A stretch of 64,000 bases of DNA from Callorhinchus milii (lineage: Eukaryota): positions 186,001 to 250,000 of the forward strand of contig NW_024704805.1 of assembly GCF_018977255.1 (NCBI RefSeq). The letters are read 5' to 3'. The translations under genes and the position numbers were made by a program. Below, piece by piece: positions 52,083 through 63,560 of the stretch. Under the pieces are notes generated by a model. It had not been told where the DNA came from, made no database searches, and saw only the letters and a program-made list of their open reading frames with translations. Every line of letters begins with the position of its first letter. Within the stretch, counting starts at the first letter, position 1.

Positions 52083-53399
52083 ACTAAACAAACATAGACA
52101 ACACGGGCTGCAACTCATAACTTCTCACGTTTCTTTCTGTAACGAACTTCCTTTACAGCAGAATCAGGTGCTTCCTGTTGCAGTTGACATAGTTCATACA
52201 TATACACTATTGCTGCTTCAACCGAAATTTACAAATATTGACGAAAGTATTAACACGAGGCTTAGGTTGATCAAGAAACAATATATTCTAAATACATATT
52301 CTACATTATTACGTTTTACCAAAGAGTAGCCGCTCTTAAATTGTTTTCTTTGCGGTGTAGAAATTCTCTCAAGAAAGTTGTTGCATTATCGGCTTCTGTC
52401 ACGCTTTCAGGCAATGCATTTAAGATCAGAACAACTCGCATGTGAAAAAAATATATCTCACCGTCTCACTGTTTGTGCAGGCAATTACTGTGAACGTGAA
52501 TAATAAGCTATTTGACAAATTTATTACTACATAATGAAAAAAATCGTAGATAATTCATCACGAAACTAAAACATTCCAAAGCGACCAAAGTGCTCACTAT
52601 GAACATATACTGGATTATTTTCTGATGTTCTGGGCTGACACTCCAGAGCAGTCCTGGATTTCTGTATTGTCGGAGTAGCTTGTCCTACCGAGGAGATCTT
52701 AAACCCAGGTCCAGGCGGCTTACATGAAGGGACTATGCTGATGCCATTGCACTTCTCGAGAAAGAACAAGGTTTCTACCGGTGTCTGGACAGACTTTCCA
52801 TCAGTAAAAATCATCTTTCATTCATAGCTGTTTGTGGGACATTGTTATATACAAATTGGAGGCAAAGTTGACAAACTCTAAACTCGACGTTAAAACCTGA
52901 GAGAAGGTTTGAGGCGAATCGATGAAATGACAAGTCTGTATTTGATAAAAACATTTCTCAAACACGAATAATGAAAACGATTGTAGGGGCATGTCTTATT
53001 CAACATTTTAACAGTAACGGTAATAAAATCAAAGGTTGCATTATATACACTGCAAAATTACGTCATTGGGACGTGTCAAAGCTCTTCACAGAAGACTCTG
53101 TAAATTGAAGTCACTATATTGTTTGATGCCAATTGTGTACAGTGTCCCACAAAACGTTGTTGTTTGAGTTGCCTTATTTGTTTGGCACTGTTGGTGTGGG
53201 ATAGTGTTCGGGTGTGGAATGGAGGAGGTGAAGTGGGGGGAGGTGTGTGGTGCGTTTGTTTGTGTTGTGCGGGTCAAACGTGGTCGTCAACTATGCAAAA
53301 CAGTGGCCCACACAATGCTGTGGGTTGAGTGACCTGATTGTGTGGCACTGTGTGTGTTTGTGTGCGGGGAGTGGAGGGGACGGAGCGCTGTGTGGGCGG

Positions 53400-53600
53400 T
53401 GCGCTGTAAAGTATTGGCAGTGATTGGGCGATGCGGCTCAGTGAGGGCGGGGCAGTGACTGAGTGACGTAGCTCTATGGGCGTGACAGTGGCTGTGTGGG
53501 CGGGGCTCTGTGCGGGTGGGGCAGTGACTGAGTGACGTTGCTCTGTGGGCGTGTTAGTGGTTTTGTGGGCGGGGCTCTGTGTGGGCGGGGCTGTAACTGT
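53400..53600. repeat. GC-rich short tandem duplication (gggcggggcagtgactgagtgacgt...)
   Basis: Two to three imperfect units. Confidence 0.65.
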
Positions 53601-53941
53601 GTGGCTACTGAGCCCCAAAGCCCCATCAATCCACATTGCGGAGTTAACGTCATACACGGGATCAGGTGCTCATGTGGGAGACATGTGCTGTGCTCTCAAT
53701 CACTCTCAGCTTACTTTGCCGTTAGTATCTTTTTTTATATCTTTTTTTCTTAACATCTTGTTGCACGTTTTACAACAATATAACATTAATAATCCTTTGA
53801 TTAGATATTGCGCCTTTCCATATATTGAGACGATTGTCAGCAGCTGTTTTGATCAAATAGTCTCATCAATTGAGTGTCCAAATTATTATCTATTTTATAT
53901 TGATATATCATTGAAGGGCTAATTACCGCTGGTAAAGAGAG

Positions 53942-54449
53942 ATGCCAATCGAATAACAAACTTGTTTCTATTTACTGCTTGGTAAACAGAGTCGTACGGA
54001 GCCAGGAAAATTGCCTAAGCTTTCGCTCTGCCCTGCTATAAAAGCCAGATCATCTTGCTTGTGAGGCGATTGCTCTCAGCACTACACTGCAGGAATCCAC
54101 AGAAGACAATCTTGCTGCTCAACAGTATTTTCTTTTAAATCCCAGGAAACAGCATGTAAGACATTGGGAATCAACCGATTGCTGAAATATCAGTTGAAGA
54201 GGATAAGGATGTGAAATTGTGCTGCGCCTTAAAGAAAATCAGTGATGCCACCTATCTGTACTGGTACAGACAAGCTTCCAGAAACGGTCCTGTCTACATA
54301 CTTTACTGTATTGCAGGGAAGGATTATTTGAGCTCTGACTTCCCAGATCGATTTTCCTCCAATGTCGATAAAACTAATGAAGATTTCGAACTGAGTATTG
54401 TCACCGTCCTTATCAGTGACAGTGCCGTGTATTACTGCGCCAAAGAGCC
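53942..54449 (+). pseudogene. TCR V pseudogene (candidate leader 53942-53981, V exon 54146-54449)
   Basis: Leader MPIE*QTCFYLLL-G|gtaaac. Exon GNSM*DIGNQPIAEISVEEDKDVKLCCALKKISDATYLYWYRQ...SDSAVYYCAKEP, with TAA at 54157-54159. Confidence 0.88.
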
Positions 54450-54488
54450 CACACTGCTGCCGAGCTATGGCGACTGCGTACAAAAACT
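54450..54488 (+). other. 23-RSS
   Basis: CACACTG + 23 nt + ACAAAAACT. Confidence 0.93.
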
Positions 54489-54512
54489 CGAAATGGTTGT
54501 TTTGCCGCTGAA

Positions 54513-54526
54513 CCGCCAGGGGGCGC
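54513..54526 (+). promoter_or_regulatory. CTCF-like motif 24 nt downstream of the RSS nonamer
   Basis: CCGCCAGGGGGCGC, one mismatch to CCASYAGRKGGCRS. Confidence 0.65.
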
Positions 54527-55235
54527 CATTGGATAAAACTGACTTGATATCTGTTTAAATATAGAGAAAACCGATCAAGCAGTTTGAGTCATATGAAAAA
54601 GTATTGTTTATTTTTTTATAATGCAAGCTGCGCTTAAAACATGATCATTCTAATAAATTAGAGTGGACCATGTCGAAAGTCCTGTAGTCATTCGTTGCAG
54701 GTGAGAGTAGTTACCTCGCAAGCAAGAGGACCTGGGTTCGATTCCCGGGTGGGATTAAACAGTGGCCTAATTTATTTGCTCCACATGCATGCCACTGTAT
54801 ACCTAGCAGCAAAATGAACATGTTAGCCGACTGGCGGATGGCTTTTCCAGTAGCATCAATTTATTTAAAAAAATGTGTTCACTCAATCAATGCATAACTA
54901 TTTGTGGGCAATATATTATCACTTTTCACCCCCAAAATTACAAAATCACAAGACTGTACTGTATATTCTGCAAAGCAAATGAGACGTCTCAACGTTCTGG
55001 TAAGTTATGGCATGGCACCAAATGAAAACATTTATGAATTCAAAGTAAGAAACATATTTCGCTGTCTGTCCACTGGTTGTCACTGGTGCTCTGATATTTT
55101 GACCAGACATCACTGGCTTGAAAGCCTGTGAAAAATGGTTCAATAAAGCATGTTTCTGTTCCCCACTTCTAATCATTTTCAGCAGGTTTTCAACCGCATC
55201 CCATTGCTTGGTTGCATTTTCCATTCTGAACAACA

Positions 55236-55537
55236 GATATAGTCGAAACGCAGAGTATTGGAAACAAAGTTGATTACAAATTGTAGGCGATGAGCCGACA
55301 CAATGTAAGAGTGCGTCAGGATTCTCCGACTGTTCTGCTCCCATTATTACTGAAAAACCTCTTCCTTATATCCGAAAGTATCCTAAGATATACTCGAAAC
55401 ACAGAGTATTGGAAACAAAGTTGATTACAAATTGTTGGCGATCAGTCGACACAATGTAAGAGTGTGTCAGGATTCTCCGACTGTTCTGCTCCCATTATTA
55501 CTGGAAAACCTCTTCCTTATATCCGAAAGTATCCTAA
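55236..55537. repeat. 151-bp tandem duplication
   Basis: gatatagtcgaaacgcagag...gtatcctaa repeats from 55387 with a few substitutions. Confidence 0.92.
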
Positions 55538-56283
55538 ACCTGGTTTCTACGGAATCCAGAGAAACTTTTGAGCTCATTCGCTTAATCACAAGATTCTTCG
55601 TACACTATTCCTGAAGTCTACCAATTATCAAAATCTTGGCACTTTGCCAAAGTACATGTTGCTCCTACAAGTTGGTGGATAGAACACTCGACTCGCGACC
55701 AGAATACAAGGTTACGCTTCTCATCATTGCGAAACGTTGTGCAAATTTCCTTACTCCACACGATTCTGTTTAACCGAACAGTAAATAGGAACCCGGTTAT
55801 TCGTCGAATAGCGGACAGATTGCCGGGGCAATAATACCGTAAAAAAGTGATAAATTGGTAATTTATTCAATGACTGTTTGCGATGCACTGCTGTGCGCAA
55901 CTGCCTGCCCAGCTTCACTCTAAAATTTATTTAATATTCTGTAAAACATTTCGAGACGCATCCAAGAGCTGATAGCGCTACATCAAGTGCAAGAATTATT
56001 ATTATTATAATTTTATATTTCCTTGAGTCTTTGTAACTAGGTCTGTCTGCACTGCCTCTTTCACACATTACTATAGTTTGCGACAGCGAGGAGAAGGGAA
56101 TCTGAACATAAACGGTAGGAGGAGTCGTAATACACCTCCAGCAATGATCAGAGACAAGACAATGAGGCGGGGATAAGAGACAACTCTTCCAATGGACAAA
56201 TGTTTACAACCAGACGCTGCATTTTGATAATTTGTCGTTTCATTTCAACTGAAGATATTGACGTGAATCGAAGGCAATTAAGA

Positions 56284-56739
56284 ATGAAGCAGATTTACAA
56301 AGCAAAATATATTATTTTGAAGCTGATATTATTTCTACTGTGTAAGTAGCATGCGAGTTCTGACAAAGGCTCAGTTGTTTTCCTGCTAAATAATTCCAAA
56401 TTAACGTTGGTAGATAACTTCTGAATTTCTATCCAAGAATTTTTATTATTATTTTCCAGGTGATTTGGGTGAAAGCGATGTCTCACAGACACCTCAAGCC
56501 GTGACAGTGAATGAAAATGGAAATGTTTCTATGGAATGCAGTACCACTGTGAACAACCCTTTCTTCCATTGGTACAAACAACATGGAAAAGGCTACATTC
56601 GCTTTTTGGTTTTGGGAAAAAGCGACGTAAATATGAAGGACAGGATAAGAGCTTTGGCTGAGAGAAAACAGAAAAACTGCACCCTAACCATCGAAGATTT
56701 GCGAATGTCAGACACCGCCATTTACTTCTGTGCGGAGAG
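56284..56739 (+). CDS. Apparently functional TCR alpha/delta-type V segment (leader 56284-56341, V exon 56460-56739)
   Basis: MKQIYKAKYIILKLILFLL-C|DLGESDVSQTPQAVTVNENGNVSMECSTTVNNPFFHWYKQ...KNCTLTIEDLRMSDTAIYFCAES. Cys23, Trp41 and Cys104 are present. Confidence 0.95.
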
Positions 56740-56778
56740 CACAGTGATGTGTGTCTATGAGGGACCTGTACAAAAACA
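56740..56778 (+). other. 23-RSS
   Basis: CACAGTG + 23 nt + ACAAAAACA. Confidence 0.96.
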
Positions 56779-56781
56779 TGT

Positions 56782-57140
56782 TGGGTTTACTGCAGCTCAA
56801 TGGTTAGCGCACTCGACTCGCAAGCGTGAGGGCCTGGGTTCGGTTTCCGTCCGGGCAAAGTGTTGTGCACGTTTTCTTACTTCACAGGCGTCTCTTTACC
56901 TTTCAATGTGTAGGAAGCTGACTGTTACTTGGTTGGCAGACCGCTATTCCGGGGGTAATAATTATTTTAAAAAGAAAAGAAAATTTACTTAATTCCACAA
57001 CATTTAGTGGGACATGGCTGTGTGCAATCGGCTGCCGCATTTTTCCAATATCAGACGTAATCAATTCACTTCACAATACAACCTACGAAATGCTGTGTAA
57101 TATCTCGAAGACGTATCAAATGCAAGGTTTATTATTATTT
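56782..57140 (+). mobile_element. Older SINE copy abutting the RSS
   Basis: tgcagctcaatggttagcgcactcgactcgcaagcgtgagggcctgggttcg...atcaaatgcaaggtttattatt. Confidence 0.85.
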
Positions 57141-58448
57141 TTGTTGGTTTACTGAGCGGGAAATAGGAACCAGGTTGACAGAAGTTTGTATATCTATTTT
57201 AATCGATCAAAAAAGTGAAACACTCGATTAAAGACCGTTTGCGAGACGCTACTGTGTGAACTTAGCTGCCAGTTGTTGTCCACAAAATACACTGGCGATA
57301 AACTTCTGAAGACCTTATGGACTCCTCGGTAATTGATAAGGCTTGATATGAAACGCAAAGGTAATTATTATCATACACAGGTTGGTTTGGTTATTCAAAA
57401 GAATGGTGGTGGGTGTCCCCACATGTGGCACACACCGGTTAAGAAAAATAAATGTGAACATATGAAGAAGTATACAGCGAAATAAATCGTACAACGCAGG
57501 AACTTGTAGAATTGAATTATGCTAAGAAACTTGTGTTTTGTCCCCAAACTGCTGTAACCCAGTAGCCTTGAGCGCAGAGTGGCAAGAAGAAAACTCACAA
57601 CTAATTGAGGGTGAGACAGCTGAGAAACTGTTGACGAAACGTGGCTCCTTCCCTTTCGTTTTGAACCCTCTCAATGGCTCGTTTCACTTCGTTACCAAAT
57701 TGACAGCTGCCCCCGGGGATGTGAAGCCAACACACATTAGGTCATGGTCTTGCCATCTGCACACACTCAGTGGCTTCCACTGAATACCCCGTCCTGCCTT
57801 CTTTTGATTATCTGTATTACAATAAACCTTGACATTGAATAGAGCGAATAATTTCGCATCTGAGATGTCTCAATTGGCTTCAACGAATATACTCTAAATT
57901 ATATTGGTTGTGCATGTTGAAGGCGAAACAGGATATTTATACCCAGAAAGTAAATCAGCAATCGACTAACTACCAGGTTCCTACCTACTACGCGGTAAAC
58001 AGAGTTGAGCGTGGAGTAAGGAAATTTAAACAACAGTTGGCCATGCCGGTAATCGAAACGACATCTCTCGTTGTGTGGCGAGGGCTTTAATCCGTGAGCT
58101 ACAGAACTCCACAGATGGCATATGTATCCTCATCTCATGTTTGACCTTTTGATAAACTTAAAAATGGGTGTAATTTGTTGCAGGTTTCAGACACCCGATT
58201 GAACAAAGACATATCAGTGATTGGAGAGAACCAATGGAGGAGCGATATGGCAGAGCAGAGAAAATGACGCATAATGACACAGACACAAGGTTTGGGCAGA
58301 ACCCTCAGACCTGCTCCCTCACAGTATAGAGTAACTTCTGTTGGTTATTTCCTGTTCATTCCTCCACACGGTATCTTCCAGCCTCCCAGCCAACATTTTC
58401 CAACAACACCATCAACCCACCCTCAACGCCCTGTGCCTCTAAATACAT

Positions 58449-59076
58449 ATGACGATGTACATCTCTGTGGTAGCAGTGATCATTACCCTATCAGGTAAAC
58501 CATAAACTAACTCTACCCTCCTGTTTCCTGCATATATTATCAAATGTTTAAGTTTTATTTATGGCTTTTATGAAATTCTCTACCGCAAAAGGCTGCGGAT
58601 GCTCAGTCCATGTACAGGTTCAAGACAGAGATTGATAGGTTTCTAAAAGATAGAAGGATTAAGGGATATGGAGATAAACTATGCGACTTGCGTCTATATC
58701 GAATCCAGGTACTAATACAAATATTATTATTGCTGTTGATCGCTGATGTGTGTGTGTTCCCAGGACATTGTGGAGGAGATTCTGTGACACAGCTGCAATC
58801 TACTGTGACAGTGAATGAAGGGGAGTTTGTTTATCTGCAGTGTAACTATACAGCTGCAAGCACCACCAATAACTATCTGTTCTGGTACCGTCACTTTCCC
58901 AACAAATCTCCAGAATTTATCCTCAGCACATCCTCCAACAACAGGATCAAGCAAGATGCAGACTTTGCAAAAGAACGTTTCTCAGTGAATGTGGATGAAA
59001 TGGGCAGAACCGTCCAATTGAAAGTATTACAAGTGAGAGTGACAGACTCCGCGGGGTACTACTGTGCACTGAGCCC
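58449..59076 (+). CDS. Apparently functional TCR alpha/delta-type V segment (leader 58449-58494, V exon 58764-59076)
   Basis: MTMYISVVAVIITLS-G|HCGGDSVTQLQSTVTVNEGEFVYLQCNYTAASTTNNYLFWYRHFPNKSPEFIL...ADFAKERFSVNVDEMGRTVQLKVLQVRVTDSAGYYCALSP. A CR1 3' scrap lies in the intron (~58590-58680). Confidence 0.96.
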
Positions 59077-59115
59077 CACAGAGGCACAGATCAGCGAATG
59101 CGCCCTACAAAAACT
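59077..59115 (+). other. 23-RSS
   Basis: CACAGAG + 23 nt + ACAAAAACT. Confidence 0.94.
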
Positions 59116-59120
59116 GCCGT

Positions 59121-59490
59121 GTGGGTTCCTGTAGCTGAGAGGTTACAGCACTCGCCTCGCAATCGAGAGACGTGGGTTAAATTGCCAGTGGAACGAATCA
59201 TTGAGCAAGTTTCCTTACTCCTCAAACTTGTCTCTGTTCAGGTAGCTGTCAGTAGTAAGCCGCTTGTTAGTCTATTGTCGGTTCGTTCCAGTGGTAATAT
59301 TTCCTTCAAAATAATAATAATAATATATTTGTCACTCAATCCATTGGTGCACTGATGTGCGGAAATTAGCTTCCGCTTTTCAACCACACTGTGTGCATCG
59401 ATTAAGTTGCAGCGTATGTTACGAAGAATAGCAACGTCTCGAATACGTGATAAGGCGCTATAACAAACGCAAGAATGCAATGACTATTAT
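59121..59490 (+). mobile_element. Older SINE copy abutting the RSS
   Basis: gtgggttcctgtagctgagaggttacagcactcgcctcgcaatcgagagacg...aaggcgctataacaaacgcaagaatgc. Confidence 0.85.
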
Positions 59491-60704
59491 TATTAAATAC
59501 AATCAAGATATAGTCACTGAGATAATTTTAAACGTCTTGCTTTCATGTGAGTCTCGATACAAGTGCATCTCTTTTTGTGCTGCTTCAGTATGTAGGAAAG
59601 CATGAAAAACAACAACTTGCATTTTTATATCGCCATTCACAACCGGGGAATTAAAGTGGGGATGAGATCAATTTGCTTTCAAATGGTTCCAGTTGTCCAA
59701 CTGCCGTAGCTACGTCTAACAAGAAGATGAGTCACTAAATACACATATTTCATAAGCTGCAACTTGCAAAACTTGCCACGTTTCTTTTTGTAACTAACTT
59801 ACTTAGCTCCAATAACAGGTGCTTCCTCTGACTGTTGGCATAGATCCCTCACAAAACCTATTGGTGCTCCAACTGTCATGTACAGAGATGTATCCAAAGC
59901 GTGGCAATGGGTAACTCAAGAAGCAATTTAATTTTATTATTTTTTATATTATTATCTTTCGCCCAAATAAGCGGAAGCCCTTAACTGGATCTCACTTCGC
60001 TAATACATGCACTATGTATTGTTAAGTGGATTGTTTTGGTTTACTTTGGTAAGGAGATTAAAACTGACATGGCTTCGTTTAATTTAGGAAATGAAGAACT
60101 ATCGTAGATGGACATTCCCTGACTCTGGACTCAATTCCAAACAGGACTTGACAGTAATTATAATAATAACAATTCTTGCCTTTGATATAGTGTCTTTCAT
60201 GTTGCAGGTGTAACCAAAATGATGAAACCAGCTGCTGTCAAAAATAAATGGAGGTATTTTGTGGGCAATCAAAACAGGCAATCTTCATAAATTAATTTCC
60301 CCACAGATATTCCTGAAGCGAGCGATGGCTTTTACCTAGAGCTGATTGATACTGCAGCCGTCAAACTGCCTGAATAAGAATTGCAGTCCAGACTGTGAGA
60401 TCATGGTGCAGAATGGGATCCTGAACGAAAAACATTCTGACACCTAAGAGAAAGTAACACCAAGAGAAGTAGGTTGCCACCCCAGCCTTCATGATTGAAA
60501 GTAAACATGTATTGCTTATGGCTGGGCTGCATGGTTCAACTTCAACCAAATGAATGCATTCACAATAATGACAATAATCCTTGCATTTCCTATAGCACTG
60601 CATGACGACTTCGAGACGTCTCAAAGGGCTTCACGGATAACACTATATAGTAAATTCATTTTTGGTGAATCAAGAGTCTATCCTCCATACGAGCCCAGAT
60701 CCAC

Positions 60705-60789
60705 TGGCTCCCAAACGCCAGCAGATACGATTCCGCTGGGTATCACTGTGCGCTAAGGCACAGATCAGCGTTTCCACCCTACAAAAATT
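60705..60789 (+). pseudogene. 3' remnant of a paralog of the 58.4-kb V with the heptamer deleted
   Basis: gat tcc gct ggg tat cac tgt gcg cta (DSAGYHCAL), then ggcacagatcagcgtttccaccct ACAAAAATT and a SINE head. Aligns to 59046-59140 minus the heptamer. Confidence 0.8.
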
Positions 60790-61347
60790 GCCATTTGTAG
60801 TCCTGTAGCTGCGGGGTTAGAGTAATCGCTTTGCAAACGATACCAAATGGGTGGACCCGGCAGAGCATTTCAGGTTGAGCAGTTACAATAGGTTCGATTA
60901 ATGCCTGCAATCGAAGCACTAACTAAACAAATGTCCATGCTGGTCCACGTCAGTAACTAAAGTATACTCATGTATGCAAAGAAGAAAAATGAAGATTATT
61001 TCGTGTTTTATACATTGTGTAGTCAGCGCCTTGGGGCATCCTGCTGATGTGACTGGAGCTCCATAAATGTAAACGTGTGTTTTCTACCACGTAAGTGTTC
61101 AATCCTGGCTCAATATTCAGAAACTTATTACTCAAGACTACAGGAAAAGAGCGAAGAATAAAATTAAAGTGTGGGAACAAATAAAATCAGCGACTCGTTA
61201 CAGTAAGAGTTTGTGAAGCTGATTGGAGCCGAAAATTCCAGGGAAGCTCAGACACTATGAAGAATGAGCAGTGAAATGAGACTAAGAAATAAATTTGGTG
61301 GAGCAGATCGGACCTGGACAGTTAAGACGTACTGTAGAGGCAATCCA

Positions 61348-61361
61348 CCAGCAGATGGCGC
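61348..61361 (+). promoter_or_regulatory. CTCF-consensus motif, with an E-box/ETS pair at 61444-61456 (paralog of 52069)
   Basis: CCAGCAGATGGCGC and CAGGTGCTTCCTG inside a ~200-bp block homologous to 52060-52250. Confidence 0.65.
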
Positions 61362-61859
61362 ACTAAAGCCACACATAACATGAACTGCAAGTTGCATAAC
61401 TTGTCAAGTTTCTTTCTGTAACTAACTTCGTTGGCAGGAATAACAGGTGCTTCCTGTGACGGTTGACTTTGGTACACTCATAAACTAGTGCTGCCTCAGG
61501 TGAAATGTGCAAACCGTGTCTTAAGCATGAATATCAAAAGGCTAAGTTTGCTCAAGAAACAATTGGTGTGACCCTTTTTCTATTTCATCGTTTTCATCCC
61601 AAATTAGCAGTCGCCCTCATGTTGATATCAATGCGATAATACATTTGTTTGATTTTTAAAACGCCAATTATGATCAGTTGTTTTGCGTTTAATTTGGGAA
61701 GGAGATTAAAACTGATGAGTTTAATCGAAGTGAGGAACTGTAGAAATAGGCTCGACAAGGCTCGACACACCAATTCCCTTCTAGTCGATATTTCCAACAC
61801 TTCCAATCACAAAGCTGCAGATCTCCAGAGTTCTGCACCTCATGTCTTCTTCCCCAGAA

Positions 61860-62120
61860 AGCTGCTTGACCCATTCGCCCCCAACATTGCCCGTCTCGAT
61901 TGGCTCCCTATCCCCCAGAGGATAGAAATCAAAATTCTCTTCCTCAAATTCAAGGCTCAAATCTGTCGGCTCCCTCCGCTCAGAAGGCTCCGGTTTGCTT
62001 CACGTCCCACGCCCGACCTGTCCTACAATCGGCGGCTGGGTATTCATACTTTCTGCCCCTAACCTACAGATCTCCATCCCAATGCCCTTCGCCTCTCTCC
62101 CGCCCTTGTCTACTTCAAGG
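61860..62120 (+). mobile_element. L2 ORF2 C-terminal fragment
   Basis: PNIARLDWLPIPQRIEIKILFLKFKA. Confidence 0.75.
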
Positions 62121-62127
62121 CGCGTCT

Positions 62128-62456
62128 TAATAATAATAATAATAATCCTTGCATTTGATATAGCGCTTTTCACGTCGGGAGGACGTCCCAAAGCGCTTCA
62201 CAGAACACACTGTAAAGTGAATTGACTGTATATTTGTTGGCGAACGCGGCAGCCAATTGCGCACAGCAATGTGCCACAAACAGTCGTAGATTGAAAATGA
62301 CCAATTTAATTATTGTTTTTTTTTTTTGGAGGGATTATTATTAGGCTCTGTGTGGAGTAAGGAAACTTGCCCAAGGTTTCGCCCTCTGCCTGGAATTGAA
62401 CTCAGGTCTCACACTTGCAAAGCGAGTGCTCTAACCACTGAGCTACAGGACTCCAC
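62128..62456 (-). mobile_element. Full-length tRNA-derived SINE
   Basis: Same family as 6824-7148. Confidence 0.94.
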
Positions 62457-63409
62457 TTCACTTAAATCCCTTCACTTCGAACGAGCTTTCAAGCACACTG
62501 ATACCCTTACTCTCCGCCACCCTCTTTGATCCAGAACTCCAGCTCGAGTAGAAATACTTGTCTGTCCAGCGCTTTTGGACGTCCTCCAGACCTGAATAAT
62601 AACAATCTTTTCCGTTTGACAGACCGACTTTTCACGTTTTCGAGACGTCTCGAAGCGTTTCACAGAATAAACACTCAAGTGTAGTGACTGATTTTTTTGT
62701 GAGCGAAACAATGGACGGAAATATGCGCAGTAGTGTCCCACATACGGGCGTGGGTTGTTTTAGTCCAGTATAATTTTTTGTCCTGTTGACTTATTTTTTT
62801 CCATGATGGATTATTATCTGGCTTGTGTTTATGTGTGTGGAGTAAAGAAACTTGGCCAAGGATTCGCCTTCCCGCCCGTGAAGCGAACCCAGATCTCTCG
62901 CTTGCGAGTGGAATGTTTTAACCAGTGAGCTACAGACACCTCTTGGGTGTAAGGCGCCATACAAATGTAATTTTTCCTGTGTTGCAATACTTGTGATAAG
63001 CCCGTTGCTGAACGATATCGCTTACCCCATGTAGTTGCAAAGCAGACTTCGATATTTTCCGCTCGATTTCACCACAGATCCACGATTGAATTCATACGGT
63101 TCAGAACCAAAAGTCATTTGCAATCAATCCATGGCTACTCGGAATATTTTTCTATTTGCATATACCTTGGGTAACATGATGAAACTATCCCTTTAATGGG
63201 ACTGCCGTTTGATTATCTCTTTTGAAATGGTATGAAAACGTGAATAGGGTTCCAAAAGAAACCCATTCCCGAGTGATATGATTCGACGTGTGCAGAGTAA
63301 GAGGTGCTGTTGTTCGTTCCTTTCGCTTTTTCCTGTCTTTTCTATTGATTATTTGCTAGCATGAAAGTGAAGGAGTAGCACGACGTTCTGATTTGGTGCC
63401 AAGATGCCT

Positions 63410-63560
63410 AAATAACAACAACAACAACAATAAAAATGTGTTAATAACAATGATAATGTTATCAATAGTAGATGTAGTAATTATAATGACAATAGTAATA
63501 ATAAAAGCATTAACAGCAACATTAATATGAATAATAATAACAGTAATAATAATAATGAAC
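63410..63560. repeat. (AAT/AAC)n low-complexity tract
   Basis: Direct inspection. Confidence 0.85.

Noticed and set aside
53942-54488. Possible leaderless NAR-TCR supporting V delta
   Set aside because: A plausible, though stop-containing, leader exists at 53942-53981. There is no CDR1 Cys and no upstream NAR/VH V-D-J cluster was found.
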